Below are positions 26,166 through 40,710 of a DNA stretch of 64,000 nt, piece after piece. Location of the stretch: the NCBI RefSeq assembly GCF_964355755.1, contig NC_092673.1, forward strand, positions 124,001-188,000, read 5' to 3'. Position numbers and translations under genes: made by a program. Position 1 is the first letter of the stretch; each line of letters opens with the position of its first letter. Source of the DNA: Antedon mediterranea (lineage: Eukaryota; Animalia; Echinodermata). Below the pieces are notes generated by a model. It was not told the origin of the DNA. It saw nothing but the letters and a program-made list of their open reading frames with translations, and made no database searches.

Positions 26166-27546
26166 TTAAGGGTTGGGGTGTGGCCACTTATGATTATGAA
26201 CTGAAAAAACAAAACCCCTTTCATAATGTTTTCGTTCAATTGTCTCTATATCTGGGGATCCAATAACCTGCATGGTCTCTGAAATAGAGCAACATAATTG
26301 GCCAATAGCTAGCCTCTTCGGATTTGTTGTGCTGCCTATATCGCACACACGGTAGTTTTCGAGCAGCCTTCCTATCCGAAGAGTCGATGAAGTCCGAAAC
26401 GAAAGGATGGAAGAACTATTGTACGGAAAACCCGAACAGATCTGTTTTTACGATATGATATTGTGTAAGGTGATATGTATTAACAAAATATTTTATTTTT
26501 GTTCTGTGGTAATATTATTTTTTTGGATGTTCAAAAAACACAAAATTATGCCAGATTATGCTAAAAACGGCTAAATAATGCCGCGGCATTATGCCAGATG
26601 CCGTGGGCCTCCAAATAATGCCAAAAAGCATAATAATGCCAGAAATGGCAACTATGGATACGTTTAGGATTAATGTTAGGGTTAGATGTTTGATTACCGC
26701 CATAGCCTAATTGGCCAATATTAAAGTGACGTAACACTATATAACTTATACCAAAGAACTTACCGTATAACACAAGAATCTCCTGTTCGTCCGAAGCGCG
26801 TAACAATTTCGAAAGGCATTGTGGGATAGAATAGAGCTATGGGTGGCGCCATTGTGAGCCATGGAGTAGGGCGCCCGCATCAAATTAGAAAGTCAAAATC
26901 ATAGAGGGGATCTACTAATGCTCTAGGGGGTATAGAGTAATTGACTGAGGAGTAGGGCGCCCGCATCAAATTAGAAAGTCAAAATCATAGAGGGGATCTG
27001 CTAATACTCTAGGGGGTAGAGTAATTGACTTCCTAGTTTGGAGGGGGCGCTGCTCCATGCTGTGAAATGGCGTCGCCCAGTTTGACCTTTTAACCCTGTA
27101 CTTCCGATACTGTGTTTTGAATGCAAATTGAAGAACAGGAGATTCTTGTGTTATAAGTTCTTTGCTTATACTCAAAATGAAAAGAGACATCATACACGCG
27201 AAATATAGACCTCACTACTGTCAGATTTCCTTTCTGCATGCTCTTAATAATTAAAAAAACAAGTCGTATATCTTGAATTGACGATGTAAATACAGCTGAT
27301 TGTGTATAGATAATAAAAAAATAATTTATTATAGTAAATAGTAATAGTGAAACTAATTATTATTTTCGAGACAAAATCCAAGAAATCGCTAGAAAATTAA
27401 TTATTTTTACTTTATGAAATGAAGGATCAACTCACGCCATACACACAATGTCAATAACAAACATGACTTTTCGTCTCATACTTATTTATTTAAATAAAAC
27501 TTAATGAAATAAAATACATCCTGTCAATGTTCTTGGTATTCTTTTT

Positions 27547-30500
27547 TCATTCTACCGCTGTTGATTCAACTATAGCTTCGGGGGATTCGTCTTCTAATGG
27601 AGATGATGGTAACGGCATAGATATATTGTCATCCTGTGGAGATAACCACGTTGGTTAATCGTTGGTATATAAATAATAATAACTAGCAGTAATGATCACA
27701 TTTATTTTAATAGATCAGAAGAGAACGATGACCTTTGGTAAATGTCATGTGCTGCTGCACTGATTTTGTAATAATAATGTCGGATTCACATTATTACTGT
27801 TAACACTAATATTCGGATATTTTTCTTCCTAAAATTGTATGTTTTAGAATTTTTTTATAAACTTCTTGAAGTTGCAATCATTTTTTATAATATAATAGAA
27901 TAATAATATAAAACTGAAAAGTAGAATCAGTGACTACTAAAATGAACAAGATCATGATATACATTGTTCCGATATGAACCATAATACAATTATTTATACT
28001 AGTCTTGTTATTTAATAAGAAGGATATTACTCTGGTATACAAACAATTGAATAATAAACTTTAAATATTGAATTAACTAATATTGAATAGTACTTTCATT
28101 ATGAACAAGTCGTACCGTATATTGAATTAACTAATATTGAATAGCACTTTCATTATGAACAAGTCGTGGAAAAGTACAGCTGATCAAACGCGTATAATTC
28201 TCGAGAAAAGGAGAATAAAACACATTTTACACAATTGATATATTAAACACTCGGCAGCACAAATAGCAGTTATTTTTCATTTTGTTTATTTATTAATACC
28301 AATTGTATTTGAGAGAAATTTTATTACAGCATAAAAAGAAACAAACTGTTACCTAACACCACCATACAAAATTGAAAATAGAAATTGAGTTGATGAGCAA
28401 CAAGGCCAACAGCTATAAGTCGCGTGCTAAAACGCATAGTGATACCGGACCGACAGACAGACCGACAGACCGACCGACCGACATAGTGAACTAGAGTCGC
28501 GTTCACGCGACTAAAAACGGGACACTAAAAAGACTTTTATTCTAAACATTGTAGACCCCTGAATCATAATGATTGTATTTTTGGTCATTCTGTGGTTTAA
28601 ACGGACTGGATGGTCAGTGGTCATTCTGTGGTTTAAACGGGCTTGATGGTCAATGGTCATTCTATTGTTTAAATGGTCAATGTTACTCAATGAGTCCAAT
28701 TTACCTTTGTCATAGGGTTGTCACATATTATAACTGACGAAAAAATGTCACATTCTGTGGCGTTTTTATGCGTTGTTACTATATCCACCTGTTGAGAAAC
28801 AATGATAATGGTTATGATTTGTAGTGAAAGTTATTCGTGATGTTATTGATTGTAATATTTTGTGTGATGCAGTATTTTGCAAAAATTTTACAGAAAGCGG
28901 ATAAAAAATAAATTATGAATACCTTATTAGATTTCAGGTAAAACGGGAAATACGTGTTATCTGCAGACGGTCTGGTTAATGAAAGAAAAATGAAATGTCC
29001 ATAGAGAAGAGTGGCGTGCTCAACACCATTGATGATCTTAGTTCTATAGGGAAAAAACACTGTGTTATAAAACCAAAGAAGGCTAATAAAAAATCAAACA
29101 TTATATAATTTCACTTTCCTTCGTCTACAAGGACGTTAAGATGTTGGTCTCATCATCAAACACATACACACCTATTAGCAATTCATATTTTGATAACATT
29201 TTATAACAAACCTTTTCAATTTTGCAATGAGACTATTTGACATCCATACAGTAATTGGAACAGCGAGAAACCAGAATGTAAATACTGCCAGAAATATCAG
29301 ATAGAAATTGATCTTATTGGCATTCTTTTTGATTGTGAAAAACCCGGCATAGTACATCCACAGCATTCCTGTTATTTTGATGATAAAAACTTGTTGTAAA
29401 CTTTTAAAGGTATTAGGCACTAATGGATAGTTCAATGTACTGCAACAATTATATTATAAAACCATATGACTGATATAAGATATAAAAGCCCATTCGTTAC
29501 GGTACTTATAGTTTCTTTTGTACGGTATAATAATGTGTATTTGGTAATGCGTATACATTTCTCTATTTATTATTGCGTATGCGGTTCTAAGTTGATATTG
29601 ATGGTTGTAATGCCAATTGATATAAGGCCCTGTTCAGACCCATGGCGTTGGACCGTTTTAGCGTACGACGCTAAAAGAATGTGTGTCTGAACTGTTGGGA
29701 ATTAGCGTAACAACACGTCGTACGACGCTTCTACCGTTACGGTATTAGTGGAAAACGGTTGATAGTACCAATTGCATTAAAAGGAATATTGTTTTACTGA
29801 CCTATAAACTGCAGAATAATTAATCCATAGCCCGCTACTGAAGCATATTTACTGATGACGTCACGAGGATCAAACTTTATTTCACGATAAACGTACAGTG
29901 ATGAGTACGTGATACAATAACACGTCATTAATATGCAAATTTTCAAGGATGTTACTGGTCTCAATCGTGCCCTGTAATAATGCAATAAAACAGTAAATTA
30001 ATTAGCAAGTGTATCATTGTGCCATTACTATTCCAATCAAGATTTTAAATTTAAATCATATTTGTTGCGAGATTCTGTAAATTTTAAGAACCAAAGAAAT
30101 GGAGAAAGGAACATATTACGACAGAAAAGACGCTAAATATTTTTCAAGTATATATTTAAATAGAGATAAATAAATGAATACATATATTTTCCGGCAATAA
30201 AGAACTATTAACCTGGTCACAGTATATCCTTTTGCCACCAAAATAAGAAGTAATACAAATGTGATACTCGAACACGATGATAATATTTCTCCTGGAAATA
30301 AAAATTAAACATTTTGTTATTAAATAAGGTGTCCCATAATGATAGTTTATCATTGATTTCACTATTTATAGATAGAGACGTTTATAGGTAGTTGAATGGG
30401 TTATCCAATACACCGTACTTTAGCATTTTGAGCTACGTCGACACGCACGTGCATTCTATAGTTGCATTGTATTTACTTTGAATTACAAATTGAAATGTTA

Positions 30501-33500
30501 CTGTACCAATCATTTCTAGATTTGGCAGTCCAATACCATTAGTTGCATATTCTATCAAAGCAACCGCTTGTAGAAAAATACTAAGAGTTTGTATATAGCA
30601 GGACCAACAGAATACCTGGTAACTAGCATGTAGAAGACGCCGTTGGTGCATTACACCTACAATAAAAAGATTAGGCCTCAATATTCATTATTGGCTCATT
30701 AGTTTTAACTTTAAAAATCTAATACCTATACACATTGGCAGGTAAAACTTGCTTATATATTATGATTGTTTAAACTATAAGTTCTTTTAATAAACATGAT
30801 TTAGAAGTGTAGGCTAATGTGTATAGTGGTATTAGATCATTCACCAGTAGGTTTTTGATATTTTTTTGGTATAGACTTGTTTCTAACAAATTATAAGGCT
30901 TCGTAGGTGAAATATGTACATGATATGAAAAATACCAACAATTACTCACTTTTAAACCGGCACAACGAAAATAAAATGACGCAATATAATCCCAAAAACA
31001 CGACATTGGTTTCTAGGATATCTAAAAATAAATAAGAACTTGGTGAATCAAGTTCGAGTTTAAGCGTAGGACTGGTATATAAATTTCAAAAATTCAAGGA
31101 CAAATGGACAAATATGATTAAGATTATGACGTGTAATGGTCTTGTTATTGTTCATATGGTAAAGTTTATCGAAACATTGAGTAACACGACTTGAGAAATA
31201 ATGATATCAATAAATCATGTCACCTTCATGCTTAAATGAATTTACCCGTTCGACTGCGTAGGCCTACTGATAGAGCTTATTCGATTGATGCCTCATCCAA
31301 TATTAATGCTCCTAATGAGATTCATTAATTAGCTCATTGGTACTAATCAGTAACTAGCCATTTACTAAACTAGTTATTAGCAGACAGAACGACGACTGGT
31401 GTTTAGAGGGGAGCTCGGAACATGATGATTAATGAGTAGGCCCCCTTGTAATAATCCAGCTACATAAATTATTAGAAAATTAATTATGAAAATTGTCCTA
31501 CGTCGATTTTGTATTAAGCTCCTAATAAATTACAAAATAAAAACAACCTCAACCAACACAGTAAAGTATATTATAGAAAAGCTCTGTCTTCACTATTAAA
31601 CTTCTAATGACAAAAAAAATGTGATAGACCAAATATTATGGTAGTTCTATGACATCATCATGTCCATATATGGTGTTTTGTTGTAAACTGACTCACGGCG
31701 TTCATCTGCTGAGAAATGTCTATCGATTAATCGGTGTCCATTCGTCATGTTGATATTGTAGTGCAGATTTAATATTCCATTAGCCTTGCAGTTTGCAATA
31801 GTCAAATACCACCATCGTTCATCAGAATGTTCAAATGTGTGTTGTCCAAAACAAAACAGCTCCTGTAAACACAGTAACAAGTTTGACACAAAATAAATTG
31901 GTCTATTCATTGTACATATAGTCTGGGAGCACAGTGGGTTTTGTTTAGCTAAGTACTAAGATTTGAGATGTGGAGTATGTAGACATGGTCTATCGGCCCT
32001 GTTCAATTCTAAGGGGGAACCAAATTACCCCTAATAGACAGATGATGGGTGGTATATATTGATGTTTGTATTGCGCTTCGGTTATAGAATTCAGTGACGG
32101 TGTGTTCAATTTATGGAGGTTATTTTACTTTGACAAATAATTGTTGTATTGATAGAACGGTCAGAAGGTCTCGACTTGACTATTTTCTATTATATTTATT
32201 CTATGCACTAACTTGTTCGTTATCGGAATTTATTTTACAGTTTGTTGGTTGACTTAGATTAACCGTGTTCCTAAAACTGCCATCCAGCAATCCCTGCTTC
32301 TCTAGACAAGTCTGAAAATAAAAATCGTCAATTTTATTTTTCTTAACCCAAGTTTTTATCTGTTTTTAGGGCCTATATTAAAATGAATTCCATCCATTAA
32401 AAAAATCAGCAAGAAATATAGTACCAAAACGGTCACCGGCCTTTATATAAGTATAACATGTTTTTGATTGAATACCGTAATCATTAATAAATTGAACGTA
32501 TCACACTCACAATAAATGAACTCATGCTTAATGGATGCACACACCCACACACACACCTACCTACATATGTATATGAATATGACATTTTTTGCACGATATT
32601 TCAATGAAGAGGGCGCTGACCAGAAAATATTAATGACATTGTTGATCTTGCAGTTTTCAAAAACAAAGGGCTACATTTGATTCATCTTAATGCTAGATCC
32701 CTTCTGCCCAAACTTTCTGAGCTCAAACTAATTGCAATCAATACCAAGGCAGACGTTATTTGTGTCACTGAGACGTACATGGCTACATACGTCAATCACA
32801 GACGACGAAATAAAAATGAATGGTTACAGCTCTGTCAGATGTGACAGAAAATCAGATGCTCATGGTGGAACTTTAATTTATATAAAAGATAGCCTTGCTT
32901 TTAATGAAGTGCCTGTAACAGCAATCAGCAATCTGGAATCGGTATGGATTGACATAATTTTACCTAAGTCTAAACCTATTCTAATAGGGTGTGTCTATCG
33001 ACCACCGAATCAGCATTGCTTCATCGAGGATTTCAACACCCTAATTGGAGGCAATGAAAAAGAGACCATTATATTAGGTGATTTTAATATCAACGTTCTC
33101 GATCGAAAGAATCCCCTGACAAAACAATATGAAGAGTTGCTGAATAATCATGGCATGGACCAATTAATTAAAGAACCATCCAGAATTACGTCAACATCAT
33201 CAACATTGATAGACCACATATTGTGTAACAACAAGCACACAATTACTCATAGTGGTATACTCAAATACGGTCTTAGTGACCACTTCATCACCTTTTGTAT
33301 TAGAAAAAAGTCTCGTGCTAAATTAAACGAACATAAATATGCCGAGTTTCGGTCTTTAAAAAATTATACACCCGAACTACTTAATTCTGCATTATCTGAA
33401 AATATAGACTGGTCTAACGTATATAACTCAAACGATGTAAATATTGCTTTTAATAATTTTCACCAGCACCTTATAACACTAATAGATAAAATAGCTCCAA

Positions 33501-36500
33501 TCAGGGAGTTGTAATAACAACTCCCTGCTCCAATGAAGCGTATCCGCATTAAATCAAGAACTGAAGAATGGAATTCTTAGTTTGCTGCGTGAACGAGACA
33601 GGCTACTAAAAAGGTTCACTAACAACAAAACTCATTTAGATATTTATGAAGATTATGTTAAAATTAGAAATTTAGTTCAGATTAGTATTAAAAATGCTAA
33701 AGCCGATTTTATAAAAAACAAAATATTAGAAAATAAAGCTAAACCTAAGGAACTCTGGAGAACTTTAAAAAATCTAGGTTATAGTAATAAGAACATAAGT
33801 GATGCAAAGATAGTGTTAAAAAATGGAGATAGTACTATAAATGACCCTAAAGGTATTGCAACCGAATTCAACAGATTCTTTACTCACGTTGCTCAGGATC
33901 TCAGAAATAAGTTACCTCAACAAAGCAATCAATATCTACCCGGTTCTAGTTACTTTAAAACTCATTATGATAAGAAAAATATTACCAAATTTAAGCTTGA
34001 TCCTGTGAGTGAAGAATTTGTTGAAAAGTATTTAAGTTCACTAAATCCTACTAAAGCCTCAGGACCAGACAACATCCCTGCTCGTTTTCTAAAAGATGGA
34101 GCAACTTTCTTAAAAGGTCCCCTAACCCTTATAATAAACCTTTCCCTTAAAACTGAAATTGTACCAGACCAATTTAAAATAGCAAAAGTAAAGCCGATAT
34201 TTAAAAAAGGCGATCGTACTGACACAAATAACTACCGCCCTGTTAGCCTATTAAGTTGTACCTCTAAGATTCTAGAAAAGGCTGTGTATGTCCAGCTAGC
34301 CAGACACCTGGTAGATAATGATGTGATAACAGATTCTCAGTCTGGTTTCAGAGAAGGGTTTTCCACTGAAACCTGTCTTACTCATTTATTGGATCATGTG
34401 AAATCAAAAATGGCCAATGGGTTTCTTACAGGATGGTTTTGCTGGACATTCGAAAGGCCTTCGATTCGGTCGATCACTTCATTCTTTGTGATAAACTCAG
34501 AAGAATCGGATGCGATTCAACTAAATGGTTCCGCTCTTACTTGTCTAATAGGAAACAATTTGTTGAAATTAAGGGAGGTAAATCAAAAAATATGGCTATT
34601 GCACATGGCGTCCCCCAAGGGAGCATATTGGGACCTTTGCTGTTCCTAGTGTACATAAATGATGTTGTTTCATCAGTTGAATCAAAATGTAAAGTGCTAC
34701 TATATGCAGATGACTGTGCCATCTTGTATTCAGACCGAAACCCTAATACTATTTCGGCTGTACTTAGTGCTTCGTTAAATCTTTGTAATGAGTGGCTTAT
34801 TGATAACCGACTTACAATTCATCCAGGTAAAACTGAATGCATTCTGTTGGGAACGAAACGTCGATTAAAAAATGTTTCATTCCAACTCAATGCCCTTGAA
34901 TGTGATATCAAATCAACAGAGTCGGTTAGGTATTTAGGTGTCCAGATTGACCAACAGGCTTCTGGGAATCTGATTGCCAATTCAGTAATAACTAGCGCAA
35001 ATAGCCGTATAAAATGTATGTACAGACAATCCAAATATCTTGATTTTGGTAGTAGGAAACTTCTCTCTTCAGCTCTAATTCAGCCTCTTTTTGACTATGC
35101 TTCCCCAGCATGGTATAATGACTCTTCTCAGGTTCACAAACTCAGGCTTCAGACTACTCAAAACAAAATATTCAGATTTATTACTCAATCAGATTCGAGA
35201 TCTCATGTTGGTCAATCTGAGCTGAAATCAATCGGATATCTGAACGTCCCAGAAAGAGTTAAGTTCAAATGTTTATGCAATGTATATAAAATTTTTAATA
35301 GTTCTGCTCCAATGTATCTAAATAGTAACTTTGTTCGTATTGTTGATTACCACTCTAGAAGGACACGTAGTGCCACAAATTTAAATTATAGGATTCCAAT
35401 AATTAAGGGCTGCGAACAAAAAACTTTTTATTACAACTCAATAAAAGCCTGGAACGCTATACCATTATATGTTAAAAGTAATATTTCATTAGAAAATGTT
35501 TAATTGTCACTAAAAAAGCATCTCCTCAACATTTAATTCTCATGTGCAATAAATTATAAAAAGGTTTTAGCATAATGCAGTAAATCAATAATTTTCTGTA
35601 ATCTGTAAATTAAGAATAAATAATATAAATATAATAAGGGTAAAAATTAATTGTAATTTTGTTACTTTAGTGCAATAAATCAATTTTTGTATATATCTTA
35701 TTATAAATCTTTCTTAAAACTGAAAATTAGGATTACATTTTTGATAAGTGTTAGATAAACTGTTATTTTTAAACTTTTATATTTTTATACCATTTTTTAA
35801 GGATTCTTTTGATGTAATTTGTATGTTCTTTATCAGTTCCTTGTTTTTAGGACCCAAGGGAAAATAAGTTTTTAACTTTTCTTGGCATTCCTTGTAATCA
35901 AGGCCTGTGTTTCTGTGCAATTGTTTTTTCTACTTTTTTTTTTTGCATTGTTTTTATTGTTTTTTAACCTTGATTACTAAATAAAGAAATTCAAAATTCA
36001 AATGATACAAAAATGATTCATAATTGCAAATATTACCAGAGTATCTTCATGTTTTCTAATGAATGGCCATTGTGTAACGTCATCGTTAAATATAAGAAAC
36101 TGATAGCAGCATTCAGACTAAAAGAAAAGTATTTAGTATTAGTAACAACGGTAGGTACACAGGTCTGTGGTACTTATGTTTTGTTTTATTATTTCGGCAA
36201 TCTTGAACCAACAAGCATTCAAACATCGTTCATTTTATTACTAAAAACGGGATCAGGATGAACGGGAACAGAATGAACAGGATCAGGATGAAACACGTAC
36301 AAAACACGTACAAAACAATGTGTCAATCAATGTATTTTTTAAATGTGTTATTCAAATAAATAATACTATTAGAAATGTTAACCGTTGACAGTACTTACCA
36401 GCGGATAATGAAAATTAAAAACTAATTCTCCGTATTCATTTGGTTGGAAAACGAATCGAGATAGAAACACAAAGTTCTAGAGAAATTAAACAAATAGACA

Positions 36501-36708
36501 GTTTAAAGTATTTTGGAGGCCCATTAAACGTTAAGTAACTAGGCTTAACCGTCCGTGGTCGTGTACTGAAATTTAGATAGATGGCAAACTGACAAACAAT
36601 TGTTTTTACCTGCTGTTTTTCGTTTATTGTGCCACTGACGTGTTTCGAAACAGTTGATTGTGTCCCAAATATTATAATCAACCCTATAAATTTGAAAAAT
36701 GTATCCAT
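27547..36708 (-). CDS. TMEM145: Transmembrane protein 145 (GPR180/TMEM145 family), ~480 aa
   Basis: 13 exons (36708-36610, 36476-36399, 36117-36037, 32311-32213, 31862-31697, 31021-30950, 30656-30507, 30291-30213, 29971-29802, 29368-29212, 29043-28923, 28788-28705, 27633-27547) total 1443 nt in frame. Family motifs FVFLSRF, ECCYQFLIFNDD..QWP, RWWYLTIANC, MTNG..IDRHFSADE, AKGYTVTR, LTRPSADNTYFPF. Confidence 0.9.
28399..28517 (-). mobile_element. HINE/DINE-1-like non-autonomous Helentron
   Basis: Minus strand begins TTTTTAGTCGCGTGAACGCGACT (subterminal inverted repeat), has a GTCG/GTCT microsatellite and a second ACGCGACT, and ends GCTGTTGGCCTTGTT. Confidence 0.65.
32590..36003 (+). mobile_element. 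Decayed CR1-group LINE (Daphne/Crack/L2-like), APE endonuclease + reverse transcriptase, in TMEM145 intron 3
   Basis: KGLHLIHLNARSLLPK, YRPP, ILGDFNIN, IDHI, SDHF (APE); NYRPVSLL, QSGFR, LDIRKAFDSVDH, GVPQGSILGPLLF, YADD, YLGV (RT). Broken by at least three frameshifts/stops (~32775, ~33510-33580, ~34430). 3' UTR ends AATAAA + TTCAAA repeats. 5' boundary approximate. Confidence 0.92.
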
Positions 36709-38256
36709 TTCATTCTGAATATATTGTCCCTTTTCCCCCGACGAGATGTAGATTTTATTTTGTTTTTATTACGTTGTCATGCCAAATGGTAGGTAGGTCC
36801 TCCTCGCGTGCGTGCCACAACATTACCGCGTACATGCGTTACTATGACCGTTGTTTCCATGGCCAGTAACTGTTTTGTTTCCACGGCTGCTACACATGGC
36901 TACGCATTTCCGTACGCATTTCTGTTTTACAATATGAAGACGCAATTGAATTCATATTATTAAATATTATTATATTATTATTATTGTTATTAAATATTAT
37001 TAGTGATATTATTTTAATCCAAAAAACTGTTTCCTTCTCTTTTGTATTTAAATACTGTACTACCTGGACGTACCAGAAAACTTGGGCAATTTTGTTTTCT
37101 ACAATAAAGTGTAATAATAATAATTGGATTTATTTATTTGAGTTGACTGTCGGAGCGTGTTGGGCAAAACTCCATTTTAAATATACCGATATTCGAAAAT
37201 GTCGATTTTTCAAACTTCAAAACAGACTAATAGTGCAATAGCTTTCAAACATCCAAATCAATAACTGGAAAGATAGGTCTAGTGCCCTCTAAACTGTATG
37301 TGACGTAGAATACATGAAAAAGAGTGCATGATGATACATATATTATTAATGCCCTCTAAATATCCAAAGTTCAGTAATACAGTATATTGTAGTCAATTTT
37401 ATTATAGATGAATTCCTCAAAAAATACAATACAAAAGATTTGGTGACAAAACATTAGGATTATTTTTGAAAGCTTTTGTCTTTCCACTTCCATGACAATC
37501 AAACATAATGTATATTGATCAAGTTGATTGGTTCAATAGACGTGACGTAATATCTATATATAATATTGGAAATTCCAGATTTCCTATCTTTCTAATTCAA
37601 CTCTCAATTTCTCGGAATGGTTGTTTAGTATACGAGTTATGAACTCCCATTTCTTTTTTAGGTGAGCATATTGTTTTACTATTTTATAATTATGTGCTAA
37701 GCTAATTAAATGTGCATCATAAAAAAATGTGTTTTTGAGTTTCCATTTTGTCTTTAACCTGCGATACTGGATAAAAATACATGGTAATAATAATACAAAT
37801 AATAATATGATAATCATCCTTGGTGGCATATCAAGGAAGTATAATCAATATATTATAGCTGATTGCCAAATACAATTCGGTAAAGTACAATGGCTCAGAG
37901 GTTGACGAGAGTAGTACTATAACCTATGGGCGGCCAATAGGGCCAATATTCATAAAAATAATCAAAGATCATTTCTCATATTTAGTTATATTTATTTACT
38001 CAGTCAATTTACTTTAAATGAATTCCTTAATTTATATAAAATATATTTTAATTTCTATATTATGAGTATGGCCCAACCAGCCACCCAAGCCCACCATCGA
38101 TTTTTTTTTCATGTTTACCGAAGCGTTCAATCAGGTTTGTTAAACATTTTGCTGTAGGCCGAACGGAAATACTTTCTTTGTAAATTCTATACGTTAACAG
38201 ATACAGACAGATAACAACATTGTGATATTATTCTACTTTGCACGTAGGTCTAACTA

Positions 38257-38994
38257 ATGGAAGAACAGTTCGTTAGCATGTTGGTAGTAGGTAGCATGAT
38301 TATCCTAGTGATCGTGTGCTTGGCAATCTACATAATATACAAGAAATGTAGGTCTACTAAACCTCCACCTTATTGTGAACTGAAGGAATCCGTATCGTAC
38401 CAGCATTCACGACCAGCGTATGTACTCGATAGAGAAGTCACAGTTACTGTGATTCAAGGAGATATTACCGAAGAACAAGTTGATGTCATTGTAAACGCAG
38501 CGAATGGCAGACTTCAACATGGTGGCGGTGTTGCTAGAGCAATTGCCAGTAAAGCTGGTAACGAAATTAACAAAGAAGGACAGCGAAAATTGAATCTTCG
38601 TGAAGGACACAAACTTAATGTGTCAGAGGTTTTGCATACAAGTGGTTATAATTTGCCAGCTAAATACGTCATCCACGCCGTTGGACCAGTTCGCGGAAAG
38701 GACCACTCATTCAGACCACTCCTGCACAAGACATTTTTAAATTGTCTTGAATACGCAGAAATGCTTGAAGCACAATCCATTGCTATTCCCTTGATCAGTT
38801 CTGGAATCTACGGCGGTGGTAAGAGCGAGTGTGCGGAATCTTTAGTTAATGCCGTCATTGAATTTTCTCAAAATCACGACTTTATGATACTGAAAACAAT
38901 TCGACTGGTAAACATAGATGATGAAGCAACTCGAGCAATTAATACAATATTACCAATTGCATTGGAGAAAACAGGACAAAAACAATCATACTAA
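38257..38994 (+). CDS. Membrane-anchored macrodomain protein, copy 1 (245 aa; N-terminal TM, PPPY, MacroD/PARP14-like domain)
   Basis: Hydrophobic MLVVGSMIILVIVCLAIYIIY then YKKCR. Macrodomain GDITEEQVDVIVNAANGRLQHGGGVARAI...VIHAVGP...IAIPLISSGIYG. Splice acceptor just upstream (TTCTACTTTGCACGTAG). Confidence 0.88.
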   Translation: MEEQFVSMLVVGSMIILVIVCLAIYIIYKKCRSTKPPPYCELKESVSYQHSRPAYVLDREVTVTVIQGDITEEQVDVIVNAANGRLQHGGGVARAIASKAGNEINKEGQRKLNLREGHKLNVSEVLHTSGYNLPAKYVIHAVGPVRGKDHSFRPLLHKTFLNCLEYAEMLEAQSIAIPLISSGIYGGGKSECAESLVNAVIEFSQNHDFMILKTIRLVNIDDEATRAINTILPIALEKTGQKQSY

Positions 38995-39010
38995 ATAGTT
39001 TCTGTAAGCC

Positions 39011-39046
39011 CAGGGAAGAGCTAAATTGTAGTTTAACTCTTCCCTG
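39011..39046. mobile_element. 36-bp CAGGG...CCCTG hairpin, putative P-superfamily footprint
   Basis: 17-bp arms with 2 mismatches. Flanks GTAAGCC / GTAAGCA (6 of 7 match). Confidence 0.6.
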
Positions 39047-39365
39047 GTAAGCATGCAATCGAACTATAGTTCGTAGCCTATGTTACGAAAAACATGGACA
39101 TATAAATGTATAGGTCTATGGATATACGAATCGAAGAATAGTTTCTGTCTTTAACGGGGAGCAAAATATAGGTGGAACATTGTACAAACAAAATGTTAAA
39201 TTATTTTTTGTTAATGTCAGTATGAAATATTATTGGAAGTTCTAGATTTTTCATTTTTTGTCAATGTTATAACAATTCAATGACGTAGGTAGCTTGTATA
39301 CAAAACATTACACACCTTTATTTCCTTACATGTTTATTGAAGCGTTTATGTTATTATTAGTTGGT

Positions 39366-40710
39366 ATGTATGGATTGAATGAACCTTAAGTCTGTTCCTA
39401 TACACGATGTTAGCATGTATGGATTGAATGAACCTTAAGTCTGTTCCTATACACGATGTTAGCATGTATGGATTGAATGAACCTTAAGTCTGTTCCTATA
39501 CACGATGTTAGCATGTATGGATTGAATAAACCTTAAGTCTGTTCCTATACACGATGTTAGTATGTATGGATTGAATGAACCTTAAGTCTGTTCCTATACA
39601 CGATGTTAGCATGTATGGATTGAATGAACCTTAAGTCTGTTCCTATACACGATGTTAGCATGTATGGATTGAATGAACCTTAAGTCTGTTCCTATACACG
39701 ATGTTAGCATGTATGGATTGAATGAACCTTAAGTCTGTTCCTATACACGATGTTAGCATGTATGCATTGAATGAACCTTAAGTCTGTTCCTATACATGAT
39801 GTTAGCATGTATGCATTGAATGAACCTTAAGTCTGTTCCTATACACGATGTTAGCATGTATGGATTGAATGAACCTTAAAAGTCTGTTCCTATACACTAT
39901 GTTAGCATGTATGGATTGAATGAACCTTAAGTCTGTTCCTATACACGATGTTAGCATGTATGGATTGAATAAACCTTAAGTCTGTTCCTATACACGATGT
40001 TAGCATGTATGGATTGAATAAACCTTAAGTCTGTTCCTATACACGATGTTAGCATGTATGGATTGAATGAACCTTAAGTCTGTTCCTATACACGATGTTA
40101 GCATGTATGGATTGAATAAACCTTAAGTCTGTTCCTATACACGATGTTAGTATGTATGGATTGAATGAACCTTAAGTCTGTTCCTATACACGATGTTAGT
40201 ATGTATGGATTGAATGAACCTTAAGTCTGTTCCTATACACGATGTTAGCATGTATGGATTGAATGAACCTTAAGTCTGTTCCTATACACGATGTTAGCAT
40301 GTATGGATTGAATGAACCTTAAGTCTGTTCCTATACACGATGTTAGCATGTATGGATTGAATAAACCTTAAGTCTGTTCCTATACACGATGTTAGTATGT
40401 ATGGATTGAATGAACCTTAAGTCTGTTCCTATACACGATGTTAGTATGTATGGATTGAATGAACCTTAAGTCTGTTCCTATACACGATGTTAGCATGTAT
40501 GGATTGAATGAACCTTAAGTCTGTTCCTATACACGATGTTAGCATGTATGGATTGAATGAACCTTAAGTCTGTTCCTATACACGATGCTAGCATATATGG
40601 ATTGAATGAACCTTAAGTCTGTTCCTATACACGATGTTAGCATGTATGGATTGAATGAACCTTAAGTCTGTTCCTATACACGATGTTAGCATGTATGGAT
40701 TGAATAAACC
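39366..40710. repeat. 49-bp near-perfect tandem array, about 27 copies
   Basis: Unit ATGTATGGATTGAATGAACCTTAAGTCTGTTCCTATACACGATGTTAGC with few variants. Confidence 0.97.

Noticed and set aside
32732-35503. Active retrotransposon, retron or DGR-type RT system
   Set aside because: Ordinary APE-RT LINE with several frameshifts and stops, and no associated ncRNA or template/variable repeat pair seen.
36849-36871. RFX X-box upstream of TMEM145 (GTTTCCATGGCCAGTAAC)
   Set aside because: Half-site spacing does not fit the consensus well, so it cannot be supported from sequence alone.
39093-39120. Sixth hairpin footprint CATGGAC...GTCTATG
   Set aside because: Arms are imperfect and the flanks (CGAAAAA / GATATAC) do not form a convincing 7-bp duplication.
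39366-40710. CRISPR-like regular array (also the 22-bp palindromic array at 12797 and the 71-bp array at 43477)
   Set aside because: Units are contiguous with no unique spacers, there are no cas genes, and the context is eukaryotic.
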